A stretch of DNA of 24,070 nt from Candidatus Zixiibacteriota bacterium (GCA_036170655.1 JAVHPP010000184.1:1-24070); one strand, 5' to 3'; positions 7,173-17,323 are shown, numbered from the stretch's first letter. The notes: generated by a model from the sequence alone, not told the origin. Program-made: numbers and translations.

Positions 7173-7603
7173 CGTCAGCGGCCTTGATACGTCGTGTGAG
7201 GTATGGATGGCTCGGACCTCAGAGTGCATGCGATGCTGTGCTGGTCGATGGCGAACGGCGCTGATTGTAGCGGGCATGACTTCATAGCGATCAGTAGTTT
7301 TCCGCCTTGAAGCACGTGATCATAACCTGAATGGCCGTCTCTTCCCGTACTGCTCCTGTTGTTAAGTTTTGCTCCGACAAGCCGATGGAATGAATGTAGT
7401 GGATGGGAGGCCCCTTCCCTCCCATCGCGACTTGCACAGGAGCCATGGTCACGGATGGCTGAACAGTCGCCAGGCAGTACCGGATGTCCGTCATGATTGT
7501 CGATCATTTGCTTCACACCGGAAGAGTTCTTTCGCAAGATGCAGTTGTTGCGCAAGCGCTCGCCGGACCAGTTCAATTCATGGAAGAATGGGGGGGAAGT
7601 CCC

Positions 7604-9760
7604 ATGTTGACGACAGGGATCGTTTGGCTCGTGCTCGCTGGCGCTGTTATGCTTCTGGCATTGTCTCTGGGGGCACGCTCGTCTCGGACACTGCGTTGGA
7701 TGCAGGCAAGCGCGGTCACGCTGACAGTAGCCGCTGGGCTAATAGGGCTCTTGTTCTGGGGAATCCCCCAGGGTGAGATCACTGGCGTGACCAGCGACGT
7801 CGGACTTATGATGTTCGCGGCCGCCGGACTCGGAATCCTGACGTTGATGATTGTCACTGGCCGCACCCGACAGGGAAACCGTGCGACCTGCCAGACGGTC
7901 GAAGGCGAGGCCGTTCTCTGGCGCGCTGCCATGCGTGCCGTCACAGAGTCGCCCACACTAAATCAGATGCTTCTGGGCGTGGCGTCGGCTCTGCGCAATG
8001 CAACCGGCGCCGCCTCCGCGATCGTCTACAAATACGATGCGCGTGACGATAAATCCGTCCTCGTTGGCACAGCGTTGTCGGATGTCTCGACCGGCGCCCA
8101 GAAGCACGCGGGCCAGACCGAGGAATCGATTGCGCGGCAAAATATGGCGGAAGGCCATGTCGCCGTGTACACACTCACGGCTGAAAGCCGTCGTTCCCGT
8201 TCACCGCGTTACTGGATTGGCATCCCGATGCAAACCGGAGGCAGGTTTCTCGGTACCGTGCTGTTGTCCCAGCCGACAGCGGACACGGAATCAGAGACAA
8301 CCTCGCGTCTCTTGGGCAGCGTGGGGATGCTGGCGGCGCGGGCCATGTCCGACTGGGCGGAGGCGTCATTCGGCGCGGCCAGCCGTTGTTGCACGGAGAA
8401 TCTCAATGCTCTCTCACTGGCTCTGATGAATGAACATTCATTCGAACGGGCGCTCCCGTTGATCGCCCGCGCGCTCGATGGTTTGGTGGACGCTGACTAT
8501 CTGTCAGTGGCTTGGCTCGATCGGGCGCATTTCCACGAAGATCGTGCCAGCATGATCATCGGCGAGCAACGAATTGTCGAAAATCGCCGCCGCTGGCCCA
8601 TCTGGGACGGCACGACCAGTCGTCTGCTTTTGATGAAACGTCCGTTGATCACACCTGACCTCGCCTGTTCCGGGGATGACACCGATGCGGAAGCGGCATG
8701 GGAAAACCGGCTTGGTCTTCGGTCGCGCATCGTCGTACCGATTCACGACACCGAACGACTCCTCGGTTCGATCACCCTCGCACACCGCAAAGTGGCGCGC
8801 TATGGCGAGGACGAAAGCGTTCCCTTGGCCGCGCTGGCCACAGTTGTCGGCGCCTGGATGAAGCGTCTCGAAGCAGAGCGTCAGGCAGAACGTTCTCACG
8901 AAGCCGTCTGTCTGGCCAATGAATGGGACCGCGATCCCTTTCTCCGCCAGAGCGACACGGAACTTCTGCATGAAGCCCAGCGTGCGATCAGAACTTCGGC
9001 GCTGCGTCTGTACCGTATCTCCGCCGACGGATTGTCCCTGGAGATGCTCGGATCGGCCGGACGCGCGGCGCGGAATCTGGCGCCGGCGACACGGATTTTG
9101 CTGGCCGATGCTCCTTGGCACCGCTGGTCGATGACCGACCGGGCGCCACGTCGCATCGACCAAAGCGATCCCGAGTCGATCATGGAGAAGGGCGAACTCG
9201 AGCGCGCCATGATTCCCCGCATGAAGACCGGTTGGATTGTTCCCATCGTCAGCGGCGACCGAATCATGGGGTTCATCGATGCGATGGAAACGCGCGATCC
9301 GGACCGTCACACGGTGAGCGAACCCGAATGTCTGTTGCTCGCGGCCATCGCGCGCACCTTCGCCCGGCGGTGGTTGCGAACGGAATCGACGGTGGCAGGT
9401 GATGCGTTCGCGCAGGAATGGCCAAAGCGCATGTCATCCTTCAATAACACGATCATCAATCCCCTGACCGGCATCATTGGCTCCGTCGAGTTGATTCGTC
9501 ATAAGCAGCCGGGACTGACCGAAGAAACGCTGAAGTACTTGAACACGGTTGAACGTTGCGCTGGCAGAATCCACACATCGGCTCTCGAATCCCTGGGCCC
9601 CCGTCCGTGCGAATCCGGAATTGATGGCAGTGATCCGAAGGACCTGATCGGACGCCGGTACACGGTCGCGCAAGCGGCGCTCCCAATTGCCGATTCAGTG
9701 AGCAGACAACATTCGTCACGGCTCGGAGATGAACGGAAAGCGCAGCTGCTCGTCGTGTGA
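7604..9760 (+). CDS. Membrane multi-GAF sensor with degenerate C-terminal HisKA/DHp helix and no ATPase domain
   Basis: Three N-terminal hydrophobic segments; GAF-type motifs IPMQTGGRFLGTV, VVPIHDTERLLGSITL and IVPIVSGDRIMGFI; FNNTIINPLTGIIGSVELI; ATG 7604 preferred, ORF open from 7484. Confidence 0.8.
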   Translation: MLTTGIVWLVLAGAVMLLALSLGARSSRTLRWMQASAVTLTVAAGLIGLLFWGIPQGEITGVTSDVGLMMFAAAGLGILTLMIVTGRTRQGNRATCQTVEGEAVLWRAAMRAVTESPTLNQMLLGVASALRNATGAASAIVYKYDARDDKSVLVGTALSDVSTGAQKHAGQTEESIARQNMAEGHVAVYTLTAESRRSRSPRYWIGIPMQTGGRFLGTVLLSQPTADTESETTSRLLGSVGMLAARAMSDWAEASFGAASRCCTENLNALSLALMNEHSFERALPLIARALDGLVDADYLSVAWLDRAHFHEDRASMIIGEQRIVENRRRWPIWDGTTSRLLLMKRPLITPDLACSGDDTDAEAAWENRLGLRSRIVVPIHDTERLLGSITLAHRKVARYGEDESVPLAALATVVGAWMKRLEAERQAERSHEAVCLANEWDRDPFLRQSDTELLHEAQRAIRTSALRLYRISADGLSLEMLGSAGRAARNLAPATRILLADAPWHRWSMTDRAPRRIDQSDPESIMEKGELERAMIPRMKTGWIVPIVSGDRIMGFIDAMETRDPDRHTVSEPECLLLAAIARTFARRWLRTESTVAGDAFAQEWPKRMSSFNNTIINPLTGIIGSVELIRHKQPGLTEETLKYLNTVERCAGRIHTSALESLGPRPCESGIDGSDPKDLIGRRYTVAQAALPIADSVSRQHSSRLGDERKAQLLVV

Positions 9761-9796
9761 TGGCCGGTCGATGATGCAATAGATATTGGAACTGAT

Positions 9797-11539
9797 ATGC
9801 CCTTTCTACCGTTAGCAGCGACAAAGTCCGTGGCGACCGACGACATGCGGCCATCCTGCAGCGACGCCGCCGCCTCTGGGACAAAGTCAGTCGAACAGCT
9901 TCGCCTGCAAACGTTGCTCGACATCGCGCAGGCGTCATCCCAGCCCGGCGATGAAGGCGATTTCCTGCAGCAAGCCGCCAGATTGATCACGAAGGCACTC
10001 CATGTGACATGGGTGACTGTATATCACCTGGAAAAGAAATCCCGGCTTCTGCGTCCGCAGGTCACCACGTCGGCGACACACCAGGATGACATTCTGGGAT
10101 TCCCGGTGGAATTGGGGGAAGGGCTGATAGGGATCGTGGCGGCCACGGGTGAGGCCAGACTCATCAACGACGCCGACACCAACCCGGAAGCCATCGCAAT
10201 TCCCGGCACACCGACTGTGCCGGAATCGATCATGGGCGCGCCGATGATTTCGAACGGGGAACTTCTCGGCGTCATGCTGGCTTCGGCCGAAGGCCGCGTG
10301 CAGCTCACCCCGGGCGATCTGGACTGGTTGAAAGTCTATGCCTGCCAGGTGGCTTGGTTGGTGCGCGAACATGGGCTTGTCGGAGAGTTCGAATCGGAAC
10401 GTCACATTCTCCGCGAGCAATTGATCCGCGCCGAGAAGATGCGCGCCCTGGGCGAAATGGCCAGCGGTGTCTTCCATGACATCAACAATATCCTGGGCGC
10501 GGTTCTCGGCCGTATCGAACTGATGCAGCACCGGACTGAGGACGAAGAACTGAAGAAATCCCTCGATCAGGTGGACCGCATTGCCCTTCAGGGGGCAGCG
10601 ACCGTCAAACGGCTCCAGGAGTTCTCCCGTTCACACCAGGAGACCGAGTTCCGCATCACCGATCTGGGTCAGGTGATCGAAGATGCGCTGGAGGTGACAC
10701 GACACCGCTGGGAGACACAAGCCCAGCAAAAGGGATTCATCTACAAGATCACCAAAGAGTTCCAGCCATCGGTGACGGTCAATGGCATCCATCCGCAATT
10801 AGTTGACGCTGTGGCCAATCTCCTGCTGAATGCAGTCGATGCCATGCCGCAGGGTGGTGAACTGATCCTGCGTACAGAACGTACCCCGGAGGGATGTCGT
10901 CTCTCCGTGCGCGACACGGGAATCGGCATCACCGCGGAGCAGATCGAGCGCGTGTTCTCGCCGTTCTACACAACCAAGGGTGTGCAAGGGACAGGGCTGG
11001 GCTTGGCCGTTGTCCACGACATTGTCGAACGGCATCAGGGGAACATCCATGTGAACTCCCAGCCCGGTAACGGGAGCGAATTCATCATCGAACTGCCCTC
11101 AGCCGCGCCATCGCCGGCCTTGCCGCAACCGGCGCCCAAAGCCAAAGAAGAACCCAGAGGGCTGCGGCTGATGCTTGTTGATGACGATCACACCATCCTC
11201 GATGTGGTCGCCGAGGCATTGCAAGATGGCGGGCATCAGATCGACATTTTCGACAACGGCGCCAGCGCGATCACTGCGATCGGGCAGAATACCTACGATG
11301 TGGTCATTACCGACCTCGGTATGCCCGATGTCACTGGCTGGGATGTTGCCCGTGCCGCCAAAATGCACCAGCCCAAACTTCCCGTGCTTGTGATCTCAGG
11401 ATGGGGTGCGCAGTATGAGGGCGGGCATCTGGAAAATACTGGTGTCGATGCCATGCTCGCCAAGCCATTCCATCTCAAGCAACTCCGCGAAACCGTCGAA
11501 AATCTCGCCAAAACCTTTTCGGCAGCCGCGAACACGTAG
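9797..11539 (+). CDS. Hybrid sensor histidine kinase (GAF-HisKA-HATPase_c-REC)
   Basis: EKMRALGEMASGVFHDINN, NLLLNAVDAMP, DTGIGI, FYTTK..GTGLGL; receiver LVDDD...TDLGMPD...KPF. Confidence 0.95.
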   Translation: MPFLPLAATKSVATDDMRPSCSDAAASGTKSVEQLRLQTLLDIAQASSQPGDEGDFLQQAARLITKALHVTWVTVYHLEKKSRLLRPQVTTSATHQDDILGFPVELGEGLIGIVAATGEARLINDADTNPEAIAIPGTPTVPESIMGAPMISNGELLGVMLASAEGRVQLTPGDLDWLKVYACQVAWLVREHGLVGEFESERHILREQLIRAEKMRALGEMASGVFHDINNILGAVLGRIELMQHRTEDEELKKSLDQVDRIALQGAATVKRLQEFSRSHQETEFRITDLGQVIEDALEVTRHRWETQAQQKGFIYKITKEFQPSVTVNGIHPQLVDAVANLLLNAVDAMPQGGELILRTERTPEGCRLSVRDTGIGITAEQIERVFSPFYTTKGVQGTGLGLAVVHDIVERHQGNIHVNSQPGNGSEFIIELPSAAPSPALPQPAPKAKEEPRGLRLMLVDDDHTILDVVAEALQDGGHQIDIFDNGASAITAIGQNTYDVVITDLGMPDVTGWDVARAAKMHQPKLPVLVISGWGAQYEGGHLENTGVDAMLAKPFHLKQLRETVENLAKTFSAAANT

Positions 11540-11559
11540 CCGACGCTTGGGCATTGCTC

Positions 11560-11637
11560 GTAGGGGCACGGCTTGCCGTGCCCGCCCCTCAGCTCGGGCC
11601 AGAATTGGGAAACGAGTACGGCATGCCGTGCCCCTCC
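11560..11637. repeat. REP family 1 inverted doublet (REPIN-like)
   Basis: Perfect REP 11560-11583 (+), 30-nt spacer, inverted copy GAGTACGGCATGCCGTGCCCCTCC 11614-11637 (4 mismatches). Confidence 0.88.
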
Positions 11638-11696
11638 GGTTTCTGAATTCACCTGAAAAGGATTGACGAACGCTGTCGGCTTCTGTATCCACTATT

Positions 11697-13751
11697 GTGA
11701 TGAGATGGATCGGCAGCGTCGTCGCGTCAAGGGCAATACTCCTGGCTCTCCTTGCCATACTACCCTCCAACGGGATGGCCCAGGAAAACCAGCCCGACAC
11801 CACATCCAGTGTCTTGGCCGGGGCGCTCTTTTGGCCGTCAGCCGCGATCAAAACGGCGCTTTCGTACATCCGCCTGACACCGGCCGATCTCGCGCTCCGC
11901 ACAGACTATGTGCCGAGAGATTCCTCGCGGCTCCCGTGTGTCGATCGCATTATGCAGAATCCTCAGGCGGCTCCGGCTGTCCTCCTGTCGTCGGCGAGTG
12001 CTTTCTTTGCCGGGGCACACCAGAGGCCATCCTCAGTCGCGGCACACCCCATTGGCATTGATTGGGCGTCGCTGGAGCAAATGGCGACAGGAACTCAGGA
12101 GTCCATTCATGACGGTCTGTTGCCCGATTCGATCCCCGTCGGTGCGTTTCTGCGTTGGCACATCCCGCTGCACACGACGCGGGCAGTACTGCGACGCGGT
12201 CAGCAGCACGAACTGAAACTCCCCACTGGCGACTGGACGAGATTCCTCAACCTGGCGTTGGCGGCATTGACAGACACCGGGTGGGTCGATACCGTGCTGG
12301 GTTCACTTTCCGTCGATGATCGTCAGTTCGTCCTCGCGCGTGCTCCTGGATTTCTTGAGGAAGATGAGGCCGATCGCGACAAACCGGAGGAAACGCTCGA
12401 TTCTCTCCAGAAGATTGAAGACCTCGACGCCGAGAGGTTTGCTGCGCTCTCCGGCCCGATTCGCTGGACTTGGGTTCACGAGCATGGGGTCTCCGTGGTG
12501 GCCAAGATCGCCGAGTCGCTCCCTCTCCGCGCACCCCAGTGGGATAACAAAAGCGGGATGGGGGGCGAAGTGATGACCTTTGACACACCCGCCGGCCCGC
12601 TTGTCTTCGGCACGACCGGATCAGATCATTTCACCGGGAATCCGGCGATGATTGTCGATCCCGGCGGGGACGATCTCTACGAACTGGAGCCGTTGGCGAT
12701 TGACCGGCACCGACTGATTCTTGACTATGCGGGCAATGACCAGTACCTCGCGCCTGCGGGGAATGACTTGGGCGCGGCGCGTTTCGGCTGGAGCATCCTC
12801 GCCGACTTCGCGGGAAATGATTCTTACACAGCGGGAAGTTTCTCCCTGGGCAGCGGCTGGTTTGGCGTTGGTTTGCTCTGTGACATGGGCGGGCGCGACC
12901 GCTACAGCGGCGATACCCACACGCAGGGCGCGGGATCATTTGGCGTAGGCGTTCTCTTTGATGCCGATGTTGCCTCCGCCGACGAGTATTCCGCCCGCTT
13001 GTACGGGCAGGGATTCGGCTCGTCCGCAGGACTCGGTATTCTCGCCGATGCCGGCGGCAACGACATCTATACGGCCGGGGGCAAATATGAAGATGTTCTC
13101 CGCTACCGTGATCACTATCTCTCCCTTTCGCAGGGATTCGCCTATGGCATCCGCCCGCATATTTCCGGCGGGATCGGACTGTTGCTCGATCAAAGCGGCA
13201 ACGATGTGTATATCGCGGATATTTTCGGGCAGGGGTGCTCGTACTGGTGGTCCTTTGGCGGGCTTTACGACGGCGGCGGGAACGATCAGTATATTGCCTA
13301 CCAGTATGCGCAGGGTTCCGCCACACACATGACAGCGGGCTGTCTCTATGACGTCGCCGGCGACGACCGTTACGAATCCAAGGGTGTATCGCAGGGCTGC
13401 GGTCACGACTGGTCGGTGGCGTTGCTGATCGACTCCGCCGGGAACGACCGGTACATTGCCACCGATCTCTCGCAGGCGGCGGGTTCGGCCAACGGCGTGG
13501 GTATTCTCATCGACGGGAGTGGCGACGACGGGTACTACACGACATCAATGGTCAATACACAGGGATATGGCAATCCGCGCCGCGAATACGGTTCCGTTGG
13601 GCTATTTCTCGACTTGGCGGGGGTGGACCACTACGACGGCCCGGGACATGACCGAATTGTCTGGCTGAGCCAGTCCCGATGGGGAGTGGGTGTCGACGCC
13701 GACTCGGTATGGCTGAGCAAGAATCGCAATGACAGTGTGTATGCACGATAG
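11697..13751 (+). CDS. Secreted protein with about 12 Gly/Asp-rich DxxGxDxY repeats (possible Ca-binding beta-roll/solenoid)
   Basis: Signal peptide ending GMA-QE; repeats DPGGDDLY, DYAGNDQY, DFAGNDSY, DMGGRDRY, DAGGNDIY, DQSGNDVY, DGGGNDQY, DVAGDDRY, DSAGNDRY, DGSGDDGY, DLAGVDHY. Confidence 0.85.
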   Translation: MMRWIGSVVASRAILLALLAILPSNGMAQENQPDTTSSVLAGALFWPSAAIKTALSYIRLTPADLALRTDYVPRDSSRLPCVDRIMQNPQAAPAVLLSSASAFFAGAHQRPSSVAAHPIGIDWASLEQMATGTQESIHDGLLPDSIPVGAFLRWHIPLHTTRAVLRRGQQHELKLPTGDWTRFLNLALAALTDTGWVDTVLGSLSVDDRQFVLARAPGFLEEDEADRDKPEETLDSLQKIEDLDAERFAALSGPIRWTWVHEHGVSVVAKIAESLPLRAPQWDNKSGMGGEVMTFDTPAGPLVFGTTGSDHFTGNPAMIVDPGGDDLYELEPLAIDRHRLILDYAGNDQYLAPAGNDLGAARFGWSILADFAGNDSYTAGSFSLGSGWFGVGLLCDMGGRDRYSGDTHTQGAGSFGVGVLFDADVASADEYSARLYGQGFGSSAGLGILADAGGNDIYTAGGKYEDVLRYRDHYLSLSQGFAYGIRPHISGGIGLLLDQSGNDVYIADIFGQGCSYWWSFGGLYDGGGNDQYIAYQYAQGSATHMTAGCLYDVAGDDRYESKGVSQGCGHDWSVALLIDSAGNDRYIATDLSQAAGSANGVGILIDGSGDDGYYTTSMVNTQGYGNPRREYGSVGLFLDLAGVDHYDGPGHDRIVWLSQSRWGVGVDADSVWLSKNRNDSVYAR

Positions 13752-13758
13752 ATTGGTC

Positions 13759-13781
13759 GTAGCACGGGCGTCCCGCCCGTG
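13759..13781 (+). repeat. REP-like family 2 (GTAG-CACGGGC-N5-GCCCGTG)
   Basis: GTAGCACGGGCGTCCCGCCCGTG; related copies at 18844 and 18895. Confidence 0.8.
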
Positions 13782-13809
13782 GCCCTTGGTGGGAAGGATT
13801 GGGAGGATC

Positions 13810-13888
13810 GTAGGGGCACTGCTTGCCGTGCCCGCCCGTCTGCGGCGGGCTATGATCGGGAAGCGGGCACGGCAAGCCGTGCCCCTGC
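13810..13888. repeat. REP family 1 inverted doublet (REPIN-like)
   Basis: GTAGGGGCACTGCTTGCCGTGCCC 13810-13833, 31-nt spacer, GGGCACGGCAAGCCGTGCCCCTGC 13865-13888; one mismatch each. Confidence 0.9.
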
Positions 13889-13938
13889 ACACGATGACCC
13901 AACGTCCCGGCGCGGGCGGGCATTACTCCCACCCCACG

Positions 13939-14862
13939 ATGTTCGCATGGAGATTGGCATCCATCATTGCGATAGTTGTTTTCTCATCCGCACCCGTTCA
14001 TGCCGAAACTGATTCCGCCCGTGTCGATCGTCTGTTCATGTGGGCGTCGTCCGGCCAAGTTCGCTTCCGCGACCGAGTTGATCCAGCCAAGGACTCGCTT
14101 GGCCAGATGGGGGAGAAGGCGGCCCGCTGGCTTGTGCACAAACTGGATGCAACCGATGCGCGTGAACGGCTGACGCTTGCCGATCTCTTCGCGAAAATCG
14201 GACCGGCTGCGACCCCGTATCTGACCATGTATCTCGATTCCGGCGGCATCTACATGCCGCTTAACGCGGCGCGCTGTCTGGGACAAGTCAAAGACACGAG
14301 TTCACTCGCGGCGCTGGTGCCGAAACTCGATCACAGTTACTACGCCGTCCGTTCTGAGGTGGCGACCACACTGGGCAAGATCGCTGTGCGGAGCGTTGTC
14401 CCGGCGCTGCTGGCGCGGTTGAGACGCGAGCAAGACGGTGATGTTCGCAAGAGCTGCGCCGTCGCGCTGGGGCTGATGGGCGACTCCAGCGCCACGACCC
14501 CGCTCATCGGTTTGTTGGGGGACCCGGTTTTCGGCGTTCGTCAGACGGCGCAGATCAGTCTGACCCAGCTCAAGCCGCCCCCGCTGTCTGCCTTGATGAC
14601 AGCGGCTGAACGACTGACGGGAGTGGCCAGACATGGCACCCTTGTGGCGTTGGGCGGGTGTGACGATTCTCACGGTCGCCGCTATCTCCTTGGTCTGTTG
14701 CACAGCGGCGATCCACTCTTGCGCGGTTTTGCCATAGAGGGACTGGCGGCACATCCCACTGAAGATGTCCGCAAGCGTGTCCGACGTCTGGCCAAAACCG
14801 AAAGCGATCCGTTTGTCCTCGCTGAGATGAAGCGATTCGAGCAGCAACCCATCGGGAAATGA
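13939..14862 (+). CDS. Secreted HEAT-repeat (PBS lyase-like) protein
   Basis: Signal peptide MFAWRLASIIAIVVFSSAPVHA; repeats VRSEVATTLGKI, VRKSCAVALGLMG, VRQTAQISL, LRGFAIEGL; the ORF extension to 13729 is REP-derived and unlikely to be translated. Confidence 0.85.
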   Translation: MFAWRLASIIAIVVFSSAPVHAETDSARVDRLFMWASSGQVRFRDRVDPAKDSLGQMGEKAARWLVHKLDATDARERLTLADLFAKIGPAATPYLTMYLDSGGIYMPLNAARCLGQVKDTSSLAALVPKLDHSYYAVRSEVATTLGKIAVRSVVPALLARLRREQDGDVRKSCAVALGLMGDSSATTPLIGLLGDPVFGVRQTAQISLTQLKPPPLSALMTAAERLTGVARHGTLVALGGCDDSHGRRYLLGLLHSGDPLLRGFAIEGLAAHPTEDVRKRVRRLAKTESDPFVLAEMKRFEQQPIGK

Positions 14863-16151
14863 ACGACAGCGACACACTCCGTGAGAGAATTGCCCGGCTG
14901 TCCGCCCATCTGGCGGTCCAGCCAGTCCCCGACTTCGCCTCCGGGGCAGAGGATGTGCAGTCTGAGATTTCCGGCCGCTCACCCGAAGCAATGATCGGAC
15001 CAGAATCGGTTGGCGCGGAGGAGAGGGCAGAACATCGCGGGCGGTACTGGTTCCGGCGCGTTCTTTTCGACCCATCGCAGCCGTGGGGGGAGACTTGTTG
15101 TTCGTCTTTCGTGGATGAGTTTGAGACCGCCATGATCCGTGTTCCCTTGGATGGATCGTCGGGAGAATGGCCGCTGAATCGCTGTCTCTTCGTGGATTGC
15201 GAGACGACCGGCCTGTCGGGCGGCGCGGGCACAATCGCGTTTCTCACCGCTGTGGGCCAGTTGGTCGGCGATCGCTTTGCCGTTGACCAGTATTTTCTGG
15301 CCGATCCGGCTGACGAGGCGGCAGTTCTCGATACGCTGGCGGCGCGTTTCGCATCCGCTGACGCTCTGGTCACATACAACGGATCGGGATTTGACCTGCC
15401 GTTGCTGGAGGGACGGTTCCGCCTCTGGCGCCTCGATCCGTCCTTCCGTGAACTCCCCCACCATGATCTGCTCTGGCCCACGCGTTCCCTCTTCAAGCAC
15501 CGCATGGGTGAATGCTCGTTGGGGAATGTCGAGGCGCGGTTGTTGAAGTACGCACGGGTGGAGGATCTTCCCGGTTCCCAAGTACCGCAGGTGTATTTTC
15601 AATTCCTCCGGGAAGGCTTTTCGCCTCGACTTCACACCGTGTTCGAGCATAATCGTCTCGATGTCGTCTCGCTGTTTGTGTATGCGCTCTGGCTGAATGG
15701 CCAGACACAACACGAGCGGCCGATGCTTTCCGATCCTGATGATTTGGCCCAGTTGGCGCTCTACTGGTTCCGTCGGCGTCTGACCGGTCCGGCCCTGGTC
15801 GCGCTGGATGCGGCTGGACAGCGTGTGCTCAGCCATTCACAACGCGCGCGTCTGTATGAGTTGCGTGCACGCATTCACAAGTATGATCATCGTTACGATG
15901 ATGCACATACACACTGGGAGCAACTGAACCGCTGCGATCCCGCCTGTGTCGATGCGGCCGAGGAAATGGCCAAGCATCTCGAACACCGGCAGCGTGACTA
16001 TGCCGCCGCTCTGACCGTTGTCGACCGTGCCCTCGCGACGCTTCGTCTCCAGGAGACGCTCAACGGTACCGGGGATGAATCCACCCGGCAGCGGCTCATG
16101 CACCGCCGCGCACGGCTGCAGCGGCGACTCGCGCAGATAAGAGCCACATAG
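14859..16151 (+). CDS. YprB/MrfB-like RNase H-fold (DEDD) exonuclease with C-terminal TPR-like region
   Basis: LFVDCETTGLSGGAGTIAFL, VTYNGSGFDLPLL, HHDLL, EDLPGSQVP, HNRLDVVSL, EMAKHLEHRQRDY; ATGA overlap with the upstream gene. Confidence 0.88.
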   Translation: MNDSDTLRERIARLSAHLAVQPVPDFASGAEDVQSEISGRSPEAMIGPESVGAEERAEHRGRYWFRRVLFDPSQPWGETCCSSFVDEFETAMIRVPLDGSSGEWPLNRCLFVDCETTGLSGGAGTIAFLTAVGQLVGDRFAVDQYFLADPADEAAVLDTLAARFASADALVTYNGSGFDLPLLEGRFRLWRLDPSFRELPHHDLLWPTRSLFKHRMGECSLGNVEARLLKYARVEDLPGSQVPQVYFQFLREGFSPRLHTVFEHNRLDVVSLFVYALWLNGQTQHERPMLSDPDDLAQLALYWFRRRLTGPALVALDAAGQRVLSHSQRARLYELRARIHKYDHRYDDAHTHWEQLNRCDPACVDAAEEMAKHLEHRQRDYAAALTVVDRALATLRLQETLNGTGDESTRQRLMHRRARLQRRLAQIRAT

Positions 16152-16204
16152 CCGAGTGCAGCAAGAATTGCGCCGGAGCGGACGGTGCGTTCGGCCCCCG
16201 CAAC

Positions 16205-17323
16205 ATGATCGCCCACGATTCATCGCTGATCCAGGTCACGACCTCTGCTGGCTGGGGCGGGCGCGAGAGTCTGCCCCTGGCGATCCACCGACGCTGGCTC
16301 GACGAGGGAGTAAACGCGACTTTACTGGTGGGCAGGGACACGGAACTGGCACGACGGTCGGCGGGAATCGCCTCCACGGTTTCTGTGCCGCGTGGACGGC
16401 TTTCTCTCGCGATGGCTCTTCGCCATCTGATCTCAACCGGTAGACCGGCGGTCATCCTCAGCCACTTCACTCACGACTTACCTTCCATCTCTCTGGCGCT
16501 GACTGGCCATCGTCATAGGCGTCTCGTCGTCATCAAACACGTCAGCCCCGGTCCAGCGAAGCGTGACTGGTTTCACCGGGCAATGTATCGCCGCGTGGAT
16601 CGTTTGCTGTGTGTGTCGGAATTCGTTCGTCGCAAGTGCATCGCGACTTATCCCATTTCGGATGACAGAATATTGGTCTGGTATCCGGGAGTTGATGTCG
16701 GACGTTTTGAGTTCGATCCCGCTGCGCGTGAGAAGATCCGGCGGACCACCGGAGTTGGCGAACGCGAGTATGTCGTCGGTTATGTCGCGCGCATCACGCC
16801 GAATAAGGGACTGGAGAACCTGATTGATGCGGCAAAACTGGTCCTCATCGAAGCTCCGGGAACCCGACTCTGGTTGATTGGCGGGTCCAGCAAAGAAGAA
16901 CAGGAGTATGAAACCCAACTTCGGCGGCGTGTCACCGAATTGGACTTGGGAGAGCACGTTTGCTTCTGGGGACAGCAAGAAGGGGTGGCGGAGTATCTCT
17001 CGGCGATGGATTTGTTCGTCACCCCGGCGTCGAACGAATCATTCGGTCTGACAACCGTCGAGGCGATGGCCGCGGCACGGCCGGTTGTTGGGTTTCGTGC
17101 TGCTGGGACAGCGGAGATCGTCGTCGATGGCATGACCGGTGTGCTGGCGGATCTGTCGCCTGACCCGTCCCTGGCTCTCGCACAGGCTATCCTCAGTGTG
17201 AGGCGCGACCCCGTTCGTGCGGCGGCCATGGGATCGGCGGGACGAGAACGGGCGATGACCATCTTCTCCCATGAGGCAATGATGATCCGGTTGGAAGACC
17301 TGATCGGGATCGGTCGGCCGTAG
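16205..17323 (+). CDS. Glycosyltransferase family 4
   Basis: WGGRE, VGYVARITPNKG, ESFGLTTVEAMAAARPVV (EX7E), EIVVDGMTG. Confidence 0.93.
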   Translation: MIAHDSSLIQVTTSAGWGGRESLPLAIHRRWLDEGVNATLLVGRDTELARRSAGIASTVSVPRGRLSLAMALRHLISTGRPAVILSHFTHDLPSISLALTGHRHRRLVVIKHVSPGPAKRDWFHRAMYRRVDRLLCVSEFVRRKCIATYPISDDRILVWYPGVDVGRFEFDPAAREKIRRTTGVGEREYVVGYVARITPNKGLENLIDAAKLVLIEAPGTRLWLIGGSSKEEQEYETQLRRRVTELDLGEHVCFWGQQEGVAEYLSAMDLFVTPASNESFGLTTVEAMAAARPVVGFRAAGTAEIVVDGMTGVLADLSPDPSLALAQAILSVRRDPVRAAAMGSAGRERAMTIFSHEAMMIRLEDLIGIGRP

